Notes: a model not told the origin generated them from the sequence alone. Positions 38,551 to 46,585 are shown, counted from the stretch's first letter. The stretch is DNA of 52,328 nt from a virus (IMGVR_UViG_3300010048_000016:1-52328); one strand, 5' to 3'. Program-made: numbers and translations.

Positions 38551-39474
38551 ATGACAACCGAGGCACCTGCACCTACCGACCAGACAGAGCACACCAATGA
38601 CTTCTTCGGCGTGGACGTCGATACCACAGATGCCAAGCCGGAGTCCTACTTCGCAGATCTGATCCCTGAGGCCACGGCTCAGCTTCGCCTCGGTCTCGAT
38701 ACGGTCGACATCACTCAGCTACGCGGCCTGCAGTTCTATTGGTGCGCTGGCTACGTGGGAGGCTGGTGGCCGACCTACAGTCCGCTGTGCAACGCCTATC
38801 CCTCGCTGCACAGTGCAGGCCGGATCTTCAGCTATGCCGTTAACGCCAGCCAGGACGCGGACTGGCTTGACTGCGAGCTGGGAGACGCCACGATCGCTGA
38901 GGTCCCCGGCTGGCTGAGCAGGCAGTTCGCTCGAGGCCACAAGAAGCCCGGCGTATATGCCAACTGGGATTACTGGCACAACCAGGGTCTGCAGGACAAC
39001 CTCGCCCACTACGGTTCGAACATCACCCGGATTGTGGCTCACTATACCTACGTGGCACAGATCAGCCATCCGGGCTTCGATGTCCAGCAGTACACCGATC
39101 GCTACGCCAGCCGCAACCTTGACGGGAACGTGGCGCTCAACAGCCTATTCGGGCCAGAGCCTGCCCCAGAGGTCGTCAACCCGCTGCACTACGACCGCTT
39201 CGCCACCGGGCCGTTCCTGACACGCAAGTGGGGCAAGCTTAACGAGCGCGAGGTGGTTCAGGAATATGACGGAGCTCGCCAGCAGCCAGACAAGTACAAG
39301 AACTATCTGCCTCAGCTCGAGGCCCGGCTCAAGTGGCTGGCGGATCGTGTCTGGACCGTCGCTCACGATCCCAAGAACCAGGATGCCAAGCCCACCTGGG
39401 GCGAGTATCACCGGGGCTGGCGCTGGCAGGAACTGATCCACCGAGCTCACGGCATGCAGTTCGTCAAGTCCTAA
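38551..39474 (+). CDS. Endolysin, GH25/DUF1906-like muramidase
   Basis: AGYVGG.W, WLDCELGDA (DxE), KPGVYAN, IVAHYT, QQYTD, NLD. Confidence 0.75.
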   Translation: MTTEAPAPTDQTEHTNDFFGVDVDTTDAKPESYFADLIPEATAQLRLGLDTVDITQLRGLQFYWCAGYVGGWWPTYSPLCNAYPSLHSAGRIFSYAVNASQDADWLDCELGDATIAEVPGWLSRQFARGHKKPGVYANWDYWHNQGLQDNLAHYGSNITRIVAHYTYVAQISHPGFDVQQYTDRYASRNLDGNVALNSLFGPEPAPEVVNPLHYDRFATGPFLTRKWGKLNEREVVQEYDGARQQPDKYKNYLPQLEARLKWLADRVWTVAHDPKNQDAKPTWGEYHRGWRWQELIHRAHGMQFVKS

Positions 39475-39485
39475 GAGGTGCCCAA

Positions 39486-39668
39486 ATGGCTATCTACCAA
39501 CTGAGTGTGTTGATATCGGCAGACAGCGACGAAGAGGCCTTGACTAAGCTCAAGCTACTCAATATCGATACTGCTAGAGGCGAAGTCGTTCAGGCGCTCC
39601 ATACCGTTCACGGCGTAGAGATCCCTCCCGAACTACTTGTTCCGCAGACTCCGGTGGCTACGCCCTGA
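39486..39668 (+). CDS. Small hypothetical protein
   Basis: ATG at 39486 after GAGGT. Confidence 0.6.
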   Translation: MAIYQLSVLISADSDEEALTKLKLLNIDTARGEVVQALHTVHGVEIPPELLVPQTPVATP

Positions 39669-39671
39669 CTT

Positions 39672-39687
39672 GTGCCAACGTTGGCAC
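39672..39687. promoter_or_regulatory. 16-bp palindrome copy at the late/early junction
   Basis: Exact GTGCCAACGTTGGCAC, intergenic. Confidence 0.75.
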
Positions 39688-39747
39688 CGTCACCGAGGTT
39701 TGCAATACTGGCGTTGAGCGGTTAGCTCACCCCAGCCTAAAATAGAA

Positions 39748-39817
39748 GGCATCCCAAAGGGCCCCGCCGTTCCTCACAAGCTCGAGCAGGGGCCCTTTCT
39801 ACGTCTCGAGGATGCCA
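39748..39817 (+). ncRNA. Candidate small hairpin RNA (also terminator-like) with an antisense loop
   Basis: Promoter-like TTGAGC(39714)-N18-TAAAAT(39738); stem AAAGGGCCCC/GGGGCCCTTT; outer GGCATCC/GGATGCC; loop 39766-39780 is the exact reverse complement of 43453-43467. Confidence 0.5.
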
Positions 39818-39836
39818 TCCGAGGCGTTCGCAATCC

Positions 39837-39864
39837 TTGACTTGCTTGCCCTTCTGAGTATAAT
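39837..39864 (+). promoter_or_regulatory. Near-consensus sigma70 promoter of the early/replication operon
   Basis: TTGACT-N16-TATAAT in an AT-rich patch; AAGGAGG RBS downstream. Confidence 0.8.
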
Positions 39865-39911
39865 TTTTTTCTACTTGGGAAAGGAGTAGGCCGATCAAAG
39901 GAGGTAGCTAG

Positions 39912-41108
39912 GTGTCAGGTCCAATCAGGGCCGACAAGGTCAAGGTATTGCCAGTCGAATGGCTCTGGCGAGACAGGGTGCCGAGGCGAATGATGACCAT
40001 CTTCGCTGGACAGCCTGACCAGGGCAAGGGTCTCATCATGGCTCACATTGCGGCAGAGGTCAGCCGCATGAAGATCAGGCGAGAGGACGGTACCTACCGT
40101 TGGGGCCGGGTCCTGTACTCGGCTATTGAAGACTCGCATGAGCTGATGACGGCTCCCCGTCTGATGGCGGCTGGCGCAAACATGAAGAACATCCACCTGT
40201 GGCGTTTTCGTCTGGGTGGACAGCAGGATGACTTCGAAGAGCTCGAGTACATCCTCACTCACGAAGAGATAGATCTCTTGGTGATGGATCCGCTCGCGGC
40301 TCACTTGATGGGCGGTGTCTCACGGCACTCCGACAACATCAGGGAGGTGCTCAGCCCGCTTGCTCGTCTGATTGAGCAGACAGGCACCGCAACCTGCATG
40401 GTGGAGCACGTGCTCAAGCATGTCTCGCCCTACGCTCACCCGCTCAAGGCGATTGGCGGTTCGGGTTCGGGGCTGGCGGCAGCAGCGCGCATGGCCTATC
40501 TGTTCGGAGTCGATCCTGGCGATGAGGACCGGCGCATCCTGGCCAACATCAAGTCCAACATCCGGGACATTCCTCCGGCGATTGGATTCGAGCTAGACCA
40601 GGGTGATGTAGAGGATGTGGGGCCAGTGCCCTTCCTGCTCTATGACGATGAGCTTGAGTTTGACCCGCGCAGGCTGATCGTCGCTGACCGGGGTAGGCGC
40701 GGAGTTGGACGGCCACCGGACAAGCGGGCAGCTGCTGCCGAGTGGCTCACCAACTACCTGTGGTTGGTGTGGGACTGTCAGCCGGTTCCGGCTGCCAAGG
40801 TCGAGGAGGATGCCAAGCAGTACGCCTTGTCAACCAGAACGCTGCGCCGTGCAGCCACTGATATCCATGTCGTCAAGACCCCTCCGGGTGGAGGGCCCAA
40901 GGTCACGTGGTCGCTGCCGGATGCTTTCATCAAGCGGCTCAAGGAGTCAAACGGCGAGAGCACTGGCATTGATCAGATGGTTGCTCCCAAGTCCAAGGCC
41001 AAGCCCAAGGCCAAGAAGGCCGGAGATGTCGACATCAGCGATCTGGATGCGGGACTGGCGGCACTTCTCGGAGATGGAAGTGGGGAGGATAAGGATGCCG
41101 ACGTTTAG
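39912..41108 (+). CDS. AAA_25 / RepA-like replicative helicase-type ATPase
   Basis: VEWLW, Walker A AGQPDQGKG, VLY..IEDS, Walker B LLVMDP, GGS...AAAR, KSN; C-terminal wHTH-like segment. Confidence 0.85.
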   Translation: MSGPIRADKVKVLPVEWLWRDRVPRRMMTIFAGQPDQGKGLIMAHIAAEVSRMKIRREDGTYRWGRVLYSAIEDSHELMTAPRLMAAGANMKNIHLWRFRLGGQQDDFEELEYILTHEEIDLLVMDPLAAHLMGGVSRHSDNIREVLSPLARLIEQTGTATCMVEHVLKHVSPYAHPLKAIGGSGSGLAAAARMAYLFGVDPGDEDRRILANIKSNIRDIPPAIGFELDQGDVEDVGPVPFLLYDDELEFDPRRLIVADRGRRGVGRPPDKRAAAAEWLTNYLWLVWDCQPVPAAKVEEDAKQYALSTRTLRRAATDIHVVKTPPGGGPKVTWSLPDAFIKRLKESNGESTGIDQMVAPKSKAKPKAKKAGDVDISDLDAGLAALLGDGSGEDKDADV

Positions 41109-41616
41109 GGATCCGTTTGATGTAGACAAGCTGCCAGACCCGAACTTCAAGGTTCCGGATCTGATCGAAGCCGTGGAGGGTTGGCGGGTCTGGCGGTGCT
41201 CGGCGGAGCTTCCGAAGTTCGGGACTGCTCCGAAGCTGTACTCGGCCACCCACAGTGATTACTACTGGGCACCGAGAAAGGTGTCGCTGGCCGAGTGCGG
41301 CAAGTGCCAAGACAACGTGCCGGGTGAGCACTGCAGCTGCGGGTTCTACTCGGCCAAGCACTTCGAGCACCTGATGTCCATGTCCTACCACTGGTATGAC
41401 ATGGAGTCTGGCTACGTGATGGTGCTTGGACAGATCGCCAACTGGGGCAAGGTGGTCGAAGGGACTCAGGGCTGGCGGGCAGCCAAGGCATATCCCGTTC
41501 AGCTATGGGTTCCCTTTGAAGCCTGGACCTTGGCAGAACCAATCGAACAGGCTTACGGAGTGCCGGTCGGCATCCGTAATTTCCTCAAACCAGGCAAAGC
41601 AGCACTGCCGTTCTAG
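41095..41616 (+). CDS. Conserved hypothetical Cys-rich protein
   Basis: EGWRVW ... PGEHCSCGFYSA ... VLGQIANWGKVVEGTQGWRAAKA ... YGVPV; GGAGG RBS. Confidence 0.8.
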   Translation: MPTFRDPFDVDKLPDPNFKVPDLIEAVEGWRVWRCSAELPKFGTAPKLYSATHSDYYWAPRKVSLAECGKCQDNVPGEHCSCGFYSAKHFEHLMSMSYHWYDMESGYVMVLGQIANWGKVVEGTQGWRAAKAYPVQLWVPFEAWTLAEPIEQAYGVPVGIRNFLKPGKAALPF

Positions 41617-41630
41617 AAAGAGGTGAAGAC

Positions 41631-41804
41631 GTGGATATCGGGAAAGAGATCAGAACGATTGAGATACAACCGGCCGTTGAGCCGGTGCCACAGAGGGAAC
41701 GTACAGCGCCATCGCCAGCCACCAGGCCAGCGATCCCGCGCAAGGAACCGGCCAAGCCAGGCAAGAGCCCGACGCGGAAGCCGGTAAAGTCTCCGTCGCG
41801 ATAA
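41631..41804 (+). CDS. Small proline-rich protein MDIGKEIRTIEIQP... (57 aa)
   Basis: Not in the ORF track; GTG after AGAGGT; fills the gap exactly. Confidence 0.7.
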   Translation: MDIGKEIRTIEIQPAVEPVPQRERTAPSPATRPAIPRKEPAKPGKSPTRKPVKSPSR

Positions 41805-41807
41805 GAC

Positions 41808-42182
41808 ATGACTGACGAGACTGAAACACAGGACACGTCAGAGCCGATCGGGCCCGAGCCACCTGGTGAGGGGCGCAGTCGACGGACTTTCATTCTCGAA
41901 TCAGCACTCGGACCCGGCACACTTGTCGGGTCTTGGGTGCTGGGCATCGAGAAGGGGGAAGTGACCTTCCAGGCGCTGGTCGTCGGGGAGTGCCAGCCGG
42001 GTGTGTATCTTGTCGAGATCTTCGATCAGATTGACTCGGAATCCAAAGATCGAGGCGGACAGTGCCAGCGGCTGATGCAGCTGGAGCAGTTTCTCGAAGG
42101 GGACTTCCGCTTCTTTGACGATGATGTATGGGTACGGCGAGTGCTGGATGCCTACCAAACCCACAACCGAAGTGAGGTCTGA
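41808..42182 (+). CDS. Hypothetical protein
   Basis: Tightly packed ORF with globular composition. Confidence 0.65.
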   Translation: MTDETETQDTSEPIGPEPPGEGRSRRTFILESALGPGTLVGSWVLGIEKGEVTFQALVVGECQPGVYLVEIFDQIDSESKDRGGQCQRLMQLEQFLEGDFRFFDDDVWVRRVLDAYQTHNRSEV

Positions 42183-42184
42183 CG

Positions 42185-42469
42185 ATGGGTGCAACACCCA
42201 TTTCATCCAAGCGCATCCGGCGACAGAAACTCGACTGCTGGATCGAAACACGACCAGACGGCTCACGAGAGCTGCTGATCGAAGGCCGACCCATCATGGG
42301 CCTGGCCGAGGTAGCAGAGGAGCTCGAGGTTCGCGTGCAGAACGTGGACCACGTTCCTGGTGTGCCCGAGACATGTACGAAGATCAGGGCCTCGCGGATC
42401 TGGCTGGGCTCAGAGGTTGACGAGTTCGCTGCCTTCCGACGCGCACGAAAGGCAGCCAGTGGCCGATAA
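42185..42469 (+). CDS. HTH DNA-binding protein (excisionase/AlpA-like)
   Basis: MGLAEVAEELEV...P......ASRIWLGSEVDEFA. Confidence 0.65.
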   Translation: MGATPISSKRIRRQKLDCWIETRPDGSRELLIEGRPIMGLAEVAEELEVRVQNVDHVPGVPETCTKIRASRIWLGSEVDEFAAFRRARKAASGR

Positions 42470-42626
42470 GAGCCTGAGGCAGCAGCGGCTGGAGGCTCAT
42501 CGCGAGCTTCAGCTGCTGCGTGCTCAGGGCTGGAGGGCCAAGCGAGGTCAGGGATGGCGCAAGACTGCCTGGGTCAACGAGCGCGTGCGTAAGCTCGACC
42601 AGGTGCAGCGCCGGAACAAGACGTGA
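42459..42626 (+). CDS. Small basic hypothetical protein
   Basis: GTG at 42459 overlapping the upstream gene; GTGA coupling downstream. Confidence 0.45.
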   Translation: MADKSLRQQRLEAHRELQLLRAQGWRAKRGQGWRKTAWVNERVRKLDQVQRRNKT

Positions 42627-42811
42627 CAATGACGCGCAACGGCTGGATCAGATTAGTGCCGAGGCCGGAGCTCAATCTGATCCATCATGCGCTGCGCATG
42701 CTTGTTGAGCGTTCCAACATCGACGACCAGACACGGGATCAGGCAGTTCTACTGGCCGATCTTTTATGGTCTGAATTAACCACCAGGCGAGAGGAGGCAT
42801 CTACTAGCTAA
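42623..42811 (+). CDS. Small hypothetical protein
   Basis: Coupled start. Confidence 0.5.
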   Translation: MTMTRNGWIRLVPRPELNLIHHALRMLVERSNIDDQTRDQAVLLADLLWSELTTRREEASTS

Positions 42812-42813
42812 CA

Positions 42814-42904
42814 ACGCCGCGCGCCCGAATGTAAACGAGTAGGGAGGTCAACGCGCGACGTCTTTTCTAGGTAAACCGTATCTGTCCAAGGAGGGATTCT
42901 CCTT
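42814..42904 (+). ncRNA. Candidate structured cis-regulatory leader (loop-E motif hairpin + RBS-sequestering hairpin)
   Basis: CGCGCG-CCC-GAA-TG-TAAA-CG-AGTA-GGG-AGGTCAA-CGCGCG followed by CTTTT; AAGGAG(42888)/CTCCTT(42899) hairpin covers the RBS and first base of the start codon. Confidence 0.45.
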
Positions 42905-43374
42905 TGAGACGTTTTCTTACGGCGACGGTTGTGTCAACCGTCGCCTTTGTTTTACCCGCATCCACGACAGCGACCACCACGATGCCCGTAGAGACGGTGG
43001 CAGCGATACCTCCGCTACTCCCGGCCTGCTGTCATCAGCACGCAGACCGGGCGCAGCAGGAGAGGAGGAGGAAGCGTCCGCCGCCAGCATCGACACCGGC
43101 ACCTGCAACCCCGCCGATGTCCTATGCGGTGGCGTCCTGGTACTACGATACGGCAGGCCAGACGGCTTGTGGTTATCACGCTGTGTACGGCGTTGCATCT
43201 CCCTACCTGGCCTGCGGAACCCGCGTGATGTTCTCCTACCATGGGAGGAGCATCACGGCTGTAGTCGATGATCGTGGGCCCTTCGTAGCAGGACGCTCGT
43301 GGGATCTGAATCAGACCCTTGCCCAAGCGCTTGGGTTTTCCGGGGTTGATACCGTCGCATACCACATCGGCTAA
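42904..43374 (+). CDS. Secreted RlpA-like (DPBB) lytic transglycosylase
   Basis: Signal-peptide-like N-terminus; ASWY, TACG, LACGTRV, VDDRGPFVAGRSWDL..LAQALG. Confidence 0.85.
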   Translation: MRRFLTATVVSTVAFVLPASTTATTTMPVETVAAIPPLLPACCHQHADRAQQERRRKRPPPASTPAPATPPMSYAVASWYYDTAGQTACGYHAVYGVASPYLACGTRVMFSYHGRSITAVVDDRGPFVAGRSWDLNQTLAQALGFSGVDTVAYHIG

Positions 43375-43395
43375 ACCCCGCATATAGCGAAGAGC

Positions 43396-43425
43396 AAGGG
43401 CCCGGACGAGACTCGGGCCTTTTTG
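43396..43425 (+). terminator. Rho-independent terminator
   Basis: GGCCCG...CGGGCC followed by TTTTT. Confidence 0.75.
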
Positions 43426-43448
43426 CTGTCCGGTCCCGTTAGTATGGT
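43426..43448 (+). promoter_or_regulatory. Putative phage promoter motif (copy 2)
   Basis: CTGTCCGGTCCCGTTAGTATGGT; matches 894..916. Confidence 0.4.
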
Positions 43449-43483
43449 TGGCCTTGTGAGGAACGGCACTCATAGGCTCGAGC

Positions 43484-44533
43484 ATGTGGCGGAGCATCAG
43501 CTTCAGCGAGATCTCCCGCGCTAGCACCTGCCAGGCCCAGCATGCTTTCGGTTATACCGGACATCTGACCGACGGTTGGACGCTGGAGCGTAGGGAGATT
43601 GCTCCGATTCTCTCCGATGGCCGTGCCTGGGGCGCTGCCGTAGCCGCCTGGCATGCCTCCTATGACCCCCTGGGGCCCGTAGGAGCCTCGCTGAGGGCTT
43701 TCGAGGCGCTCAGCGACTCATATGCCCAGGACAGGGCAGAAATGGCTGAGAATGGCTTCTACGCGCTCGTAGGGGATGCCGTGGAGCGCCGGGCTCGGGT
43801 CGAGAACATCCTTGAGCACTACATCGCCAACACGCCGCCGTTTGAGAACCTTACGCGGCTGGAGGGCGAGATCGAAGTTCCGATCAAGGCCCGCAAGGGC
43901 ACCGGCTACTCGAACAAGTATCGCTTCAAGTGCTTCATCGATGGCTACACGGTCGGTGAGTACGACCACCAGTGGATCGTGGAGTTCAAGCTGCGCCTGA
44001 GCCTGCAGGACGCAGAGCAGGTGGTGCTCAGCCGTCAGCCTCGGTGGATGGGTTGGGCCCTGCGAGAGGTGCAGCGCCAGCAGGGCCTCGATCCCCAGAT
44101 CGTGGGCGTGATTGTGGACGAGCGCTGGAATCAGCCTCCCAAGCCACCACGCATCCTGATGTCGGGCAAGCCCTCGACAGCCAAGGACCAGCTCTGCACG
44201 CCAGAGTCCTACCTGGAGGCCTGCACCGACCTGGGGGTTGAACCCAACTTCTCGACGGTGCTGGCGCTACGTGAGCGCCGCTGGAGTCAGCGCATCCCGA
44301 TCGCCTTCAGGGACGGAGAGCTGGACGAGGCTGGCAAGGAGCTGGTCTCGGCGGCGAAGCTCATCCACGACTTAGATGTGGGAACTCTTTTCCCAATCAG
44401 GAATGCGAAACCAGCGAACTGCAGAAGTTGCGCTTTCCGCAAAATCTGTCCCAACCCAGGCGACCGGATGCTCGTTGATTCCCTCTTCGTTCGCAAGCCG
44501 CCTAAACGACTGAGGACTCCTGATGAAGAATGA
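43484..44533 (+). CDS. PD-(D/E)XK exonuclease, Cas4/RecB-like
   Basis: ISFSEI...C, FIDG...WIVEFK, Q...Y-like segment, C-terminal CRSCAFRKIC Fe-S motif. Confidence 0.85.
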   Translation: MWRSISFSEISRASTCQAQHAFGYTGHLTDGWTLERREIAPILSDGRAWGAAVAAWHASYDPLGPVGASLRAFEALSDSYAQDRAEMAENGFYALVGDAVERRARVENILEHYIANTPPFENLTRLEGEIEVPIKARKGTGYSNKYRFKCFIDGYTVGEYDHQWIVEFKLRLSLQDAEQVVLSRQPRWMGWALREVQRQQGLDPQIVGVIVDERWNQPPKPPRILMSGKPSTAKDQLCTPESYLEACTDLGVEPNFSTVLALRERRWSQRIPIAFRDGELDEAGKELVSAAKLIHDLDVGTLFPIRNAKPANCRSCAFRKICPNPGDRMLVDSLFVRKPPKRLRTPDEE

Positions 44534-45020
44534 AACGGGAAACACCTACGGTCGGCTGACTGTAGTACGACGAGGACCCAACAATCGGTACGGCTGGGCG
44601 CAATGGTGGTGCCAGTGCAGCTGTGGAAACACGACGCTGCTCGATGGGCAGAAGCTACGAAGCGGCAACACTCGCTCCTGTGGCTGTCTCCGACGTGATG
44701 TATCGGCTGCACGGATGACCCTCCACGGGCAGGTGCGTCATCGTCTCTACAGCACTTGGAACAACGAGAAGCAACGATGCATGAATCCGAACAATCCCGA
44801 CTACAAACACTATGGCGGGCGCGGTATCAAGTTTTATGCGGGCTGGCATCAGTTCGATGTATGGCTGGCGTACATCACTCAGCTACCCCATGCCCAGGAA
44901 TCGGGTATGACAATCGACCGGATCAATAACGATGGCAACTACGAGCCAGGCAATGTCCGATGGGTGGCTTGGGAGGATCAGGCAGCCAACCGACGGCAGC
45001 CCAAGAAGGAGAAGTCGTGA
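44523..45020 (+). CDS. HNH-type homing endonuclease-like protein
   Basis: G..YGRLTV, WWCQCSCGN, SCGC, YKHYGGRGI, TIDRINNDGNYEPGNVRW...QAANRR. Confidence 0.85.
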   Translation: MKNETGNTYGRLTVVRRGPNNRYGWAQWWCQCSCGNTTLLDGQKLRSGNTRSCGCLRRDVSAARMTLHGQVRHRLYSTWNNEKQRCMNPNNPDYKHYGGRGIKFYAGWHQFDVWLAYITQLPHAQESGMTIDRINNDGNYEPGNVRWVAWEDQAANRRQPKKEKS

Positions 45021-45901
45021 CAGCACTCAAATTTATCAAGCCTCCGGAGTCTCCGAGGGCCAACATACTGCTTTGCGGCCCGCCAAAATCAGGGAAAACG
45101 ATAGGAGCAGCTTCGGCTCCTCCCGGCGTTCTGCTACTCAACTTCGATCTTCCCAACGCCAGCCGTCAGGCACACCTACGCCATCCTGACGGTTCGATCA
45201 TGGAGCCCGAGATTCCGCAGTTCGTGGAGGGCTCCAGGCCGCTGTTCGCGTTCATGATGACGGTCATGAAGGAGGTCCAGCGGCCCGACCAGACGATGAT
45301 CCAGACGGTGGTGGTGGACAAGGTGGATGAGCTCTACCGCAGACTGCTCGAGGAGTTCTCAAACCGCTCGGTTCGACCCAGCTTGCCCACCTACGGGGAG
45401 GTCTCAGTCCAGGTGGAGCGATTCATCCGGGCGCTATGCATGGCACCCAACGTCAACACGGTGATTGTCTGCACGGACATGGTTATGCAGAACGGCGATG
45501 AGACGGTGTTCATCCCATTCACCGGAACGAAGGCCGGAAGCGCGGACCTCGGAGCCAAGCTGGCCAGCATGGTCGACATCCTCGGCTACACCGCCGTGAT
45601 TGAGCAGGACAATGGCGAGAAGCAGGGAATCGCCCAGCTGATCCCGCTCAAGGGCCGTAACGGCGGGGACCGCTTCGACTGCCTCGGGGACTGGAGGCCG
45701 CTCGATATCTCAGAATGGCTGAACACCATTGAGGCATACGAGCGCGGAGAGCAAGTCAAGCGGTTTGATCGTGGTGCCAACGTTGGCACAGAAGAACCCA
45801 AACCAGAACCGGAGGCGGACCCCAGACCCGATACCACTTCGGTTACTGCTCAGGAGCACAACAAGCGCGTAGCAACGCGCTCACGCAGAAAGGCGGCATA
45901 A
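45017..45901 (+). CDS. Sak4-like AAA ATPase (recombination)
   Basis: Walker A GPPKSGKT, TVVVD, VDILGY; lies between exonuclease and SSB genes. Confidence 0.8.
   Translation: MTALKFIKPPESPRANILLCGPPKSGKTIGAASAPPGVLLLNFDLPNASRQAHLRHPDGSIMEPEIPQFVEGSRPLFAFMMTVMKEVQRPDQTMIQTVVVDKVDELYRRLLEEFSNRSVRPSLPTYGEVSVQVERFIRALCMAPNVNTVIVCTDMVMQNGDETVFIPFTGTKAGSADLGAKLASMVDILGYTAVIEQDNGEKQGIAQLIPLKGRNGGDRFDCLGDWRPLDISEWLNTIEAYERGEQVKRFDRGANVGTEEPKPEPEADPRPDTTSVTAQEHNKRVATRSRRKAA
45774..45789. promoter_or_regulatory. 16-bp palindrome copy (intragenic)
   Basis: Exact GTGCCAACGTTGGCAC; encodes GANVGT. Confidence 0.7.
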
Positions 45902-45902
45902 C

Positions 45903-46079
45903 GTGGCTCTCTCCGAAAGTGGTCTGGCTGCACAGGGAATCATCGCGGGCCCAATGATCTCCGGTCCCGTAGGTTCACGCAGGCCGGTACGTAGCAAGAA
46001 GGGCACCGCACGAGGAAGCATGGCGGTGCGCAAAGGTGGTAAAACGAATTTATACGTGCGCCCCAAAGGGCGGAAGTAA
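45903..46079 (+). CDS. Possible small basic protein
   Basis: Open frame filling the gap (58 aa); weak support. Confidence 0.3.
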   Translation: MALSESGLAAQGIIAGPMISGPVGSRRPVRSKKGTARGSMAVRKGGKTNLYVRPKGRK

Positions 46080-46093
46080 GGAAAGGAGGCAGG

Positions 46094-46585
46094 ATGTCGT
46101 CATTTGATTACGGCGGAGCCGAGGCCTGGAAGGTGCAGGATCAGCTACTGCCGATCGGTGATCATGTGGTCACCATCATCAATCCGATGAGCGGTGACTC
46201 AAGCGGCGGGTTCCCGCAGGTTGAGCTGCGCGTGGAGAATGAGCTTGGGTCCTTGCGAGACTGGCTCGTAATCACGCCCAACACCATCGGCAAGGTGGTG
46301 ATGGTATTCGACGCGGCAGGTGTGGATCGTCCGCAGGACGGTGAGTTCGATCCCGAGACGGGCAAGCTGACAGACGCCTGCGTGGATCGGTTGCACAACC
46401 GCAAGGTCGGTGTGATCGTGCGCGAGGAGCCTGACAACCGGGATCCCACGAAGATGCGTAGGCGCATCATGGGCTATACGGATGTTGCTCAGATCACGTC
46501 AGACATTCCGGCTGACACGGCTGGGCTGCCGACTGCACCCAGCTCCAGTCGACCTGCAGACGAAGATGAGCGGGTGCCATTTTGA
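46094..46585 (+). CDS. Single-stranded DNA-binding protein (DUF669-like)
   Basis: LLPIGDH.VTI, SSGG.P, acidic C-terminus DEDERVPF; AAGGAGG RBS. Confidence 0.8.
   Translation: MSSFDYGGAEAWKVQDQLLPIGDHVVTIINPMSGDSSGGFPQVELRVENELGSLRDWLVITPNTIGKVVMVFDAAGVDRPQDGEFDPETGKLTDACVDRLHNRKVGVIVREEPDNRDPTKMRRRIMGYTDVAQITSDIPADTAGLPTAPSSSRPADEDERVPF

Noticed and set aside
39842-39873. Possible self-target of array unit 3432-3486 (gapped reverse complement partly matches the early promoter)
   Set aside because: Only about 15 of 22 specified bases match by hand. A rough binomial estimate gives a few such matches by chance in 52 kb on both strands; it needs a proper search.
43484-44533. Cas4-like gene as evidence of a CRISPR-Cas system
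   Set aside because: Solo Cas4/RecB-like exonucleases next to Sak4 and SSB are standard phage recombination modules; no cas1/cas2 present.
45676-45705. LGDWRP motif in 45017..45901, resembling the Gly-rich loop of Cas7/RAMP-like proteins
   Set aside because: The protein has clear Walker A/B motifs and Sak4-like synteny; the match is probably coincidental.
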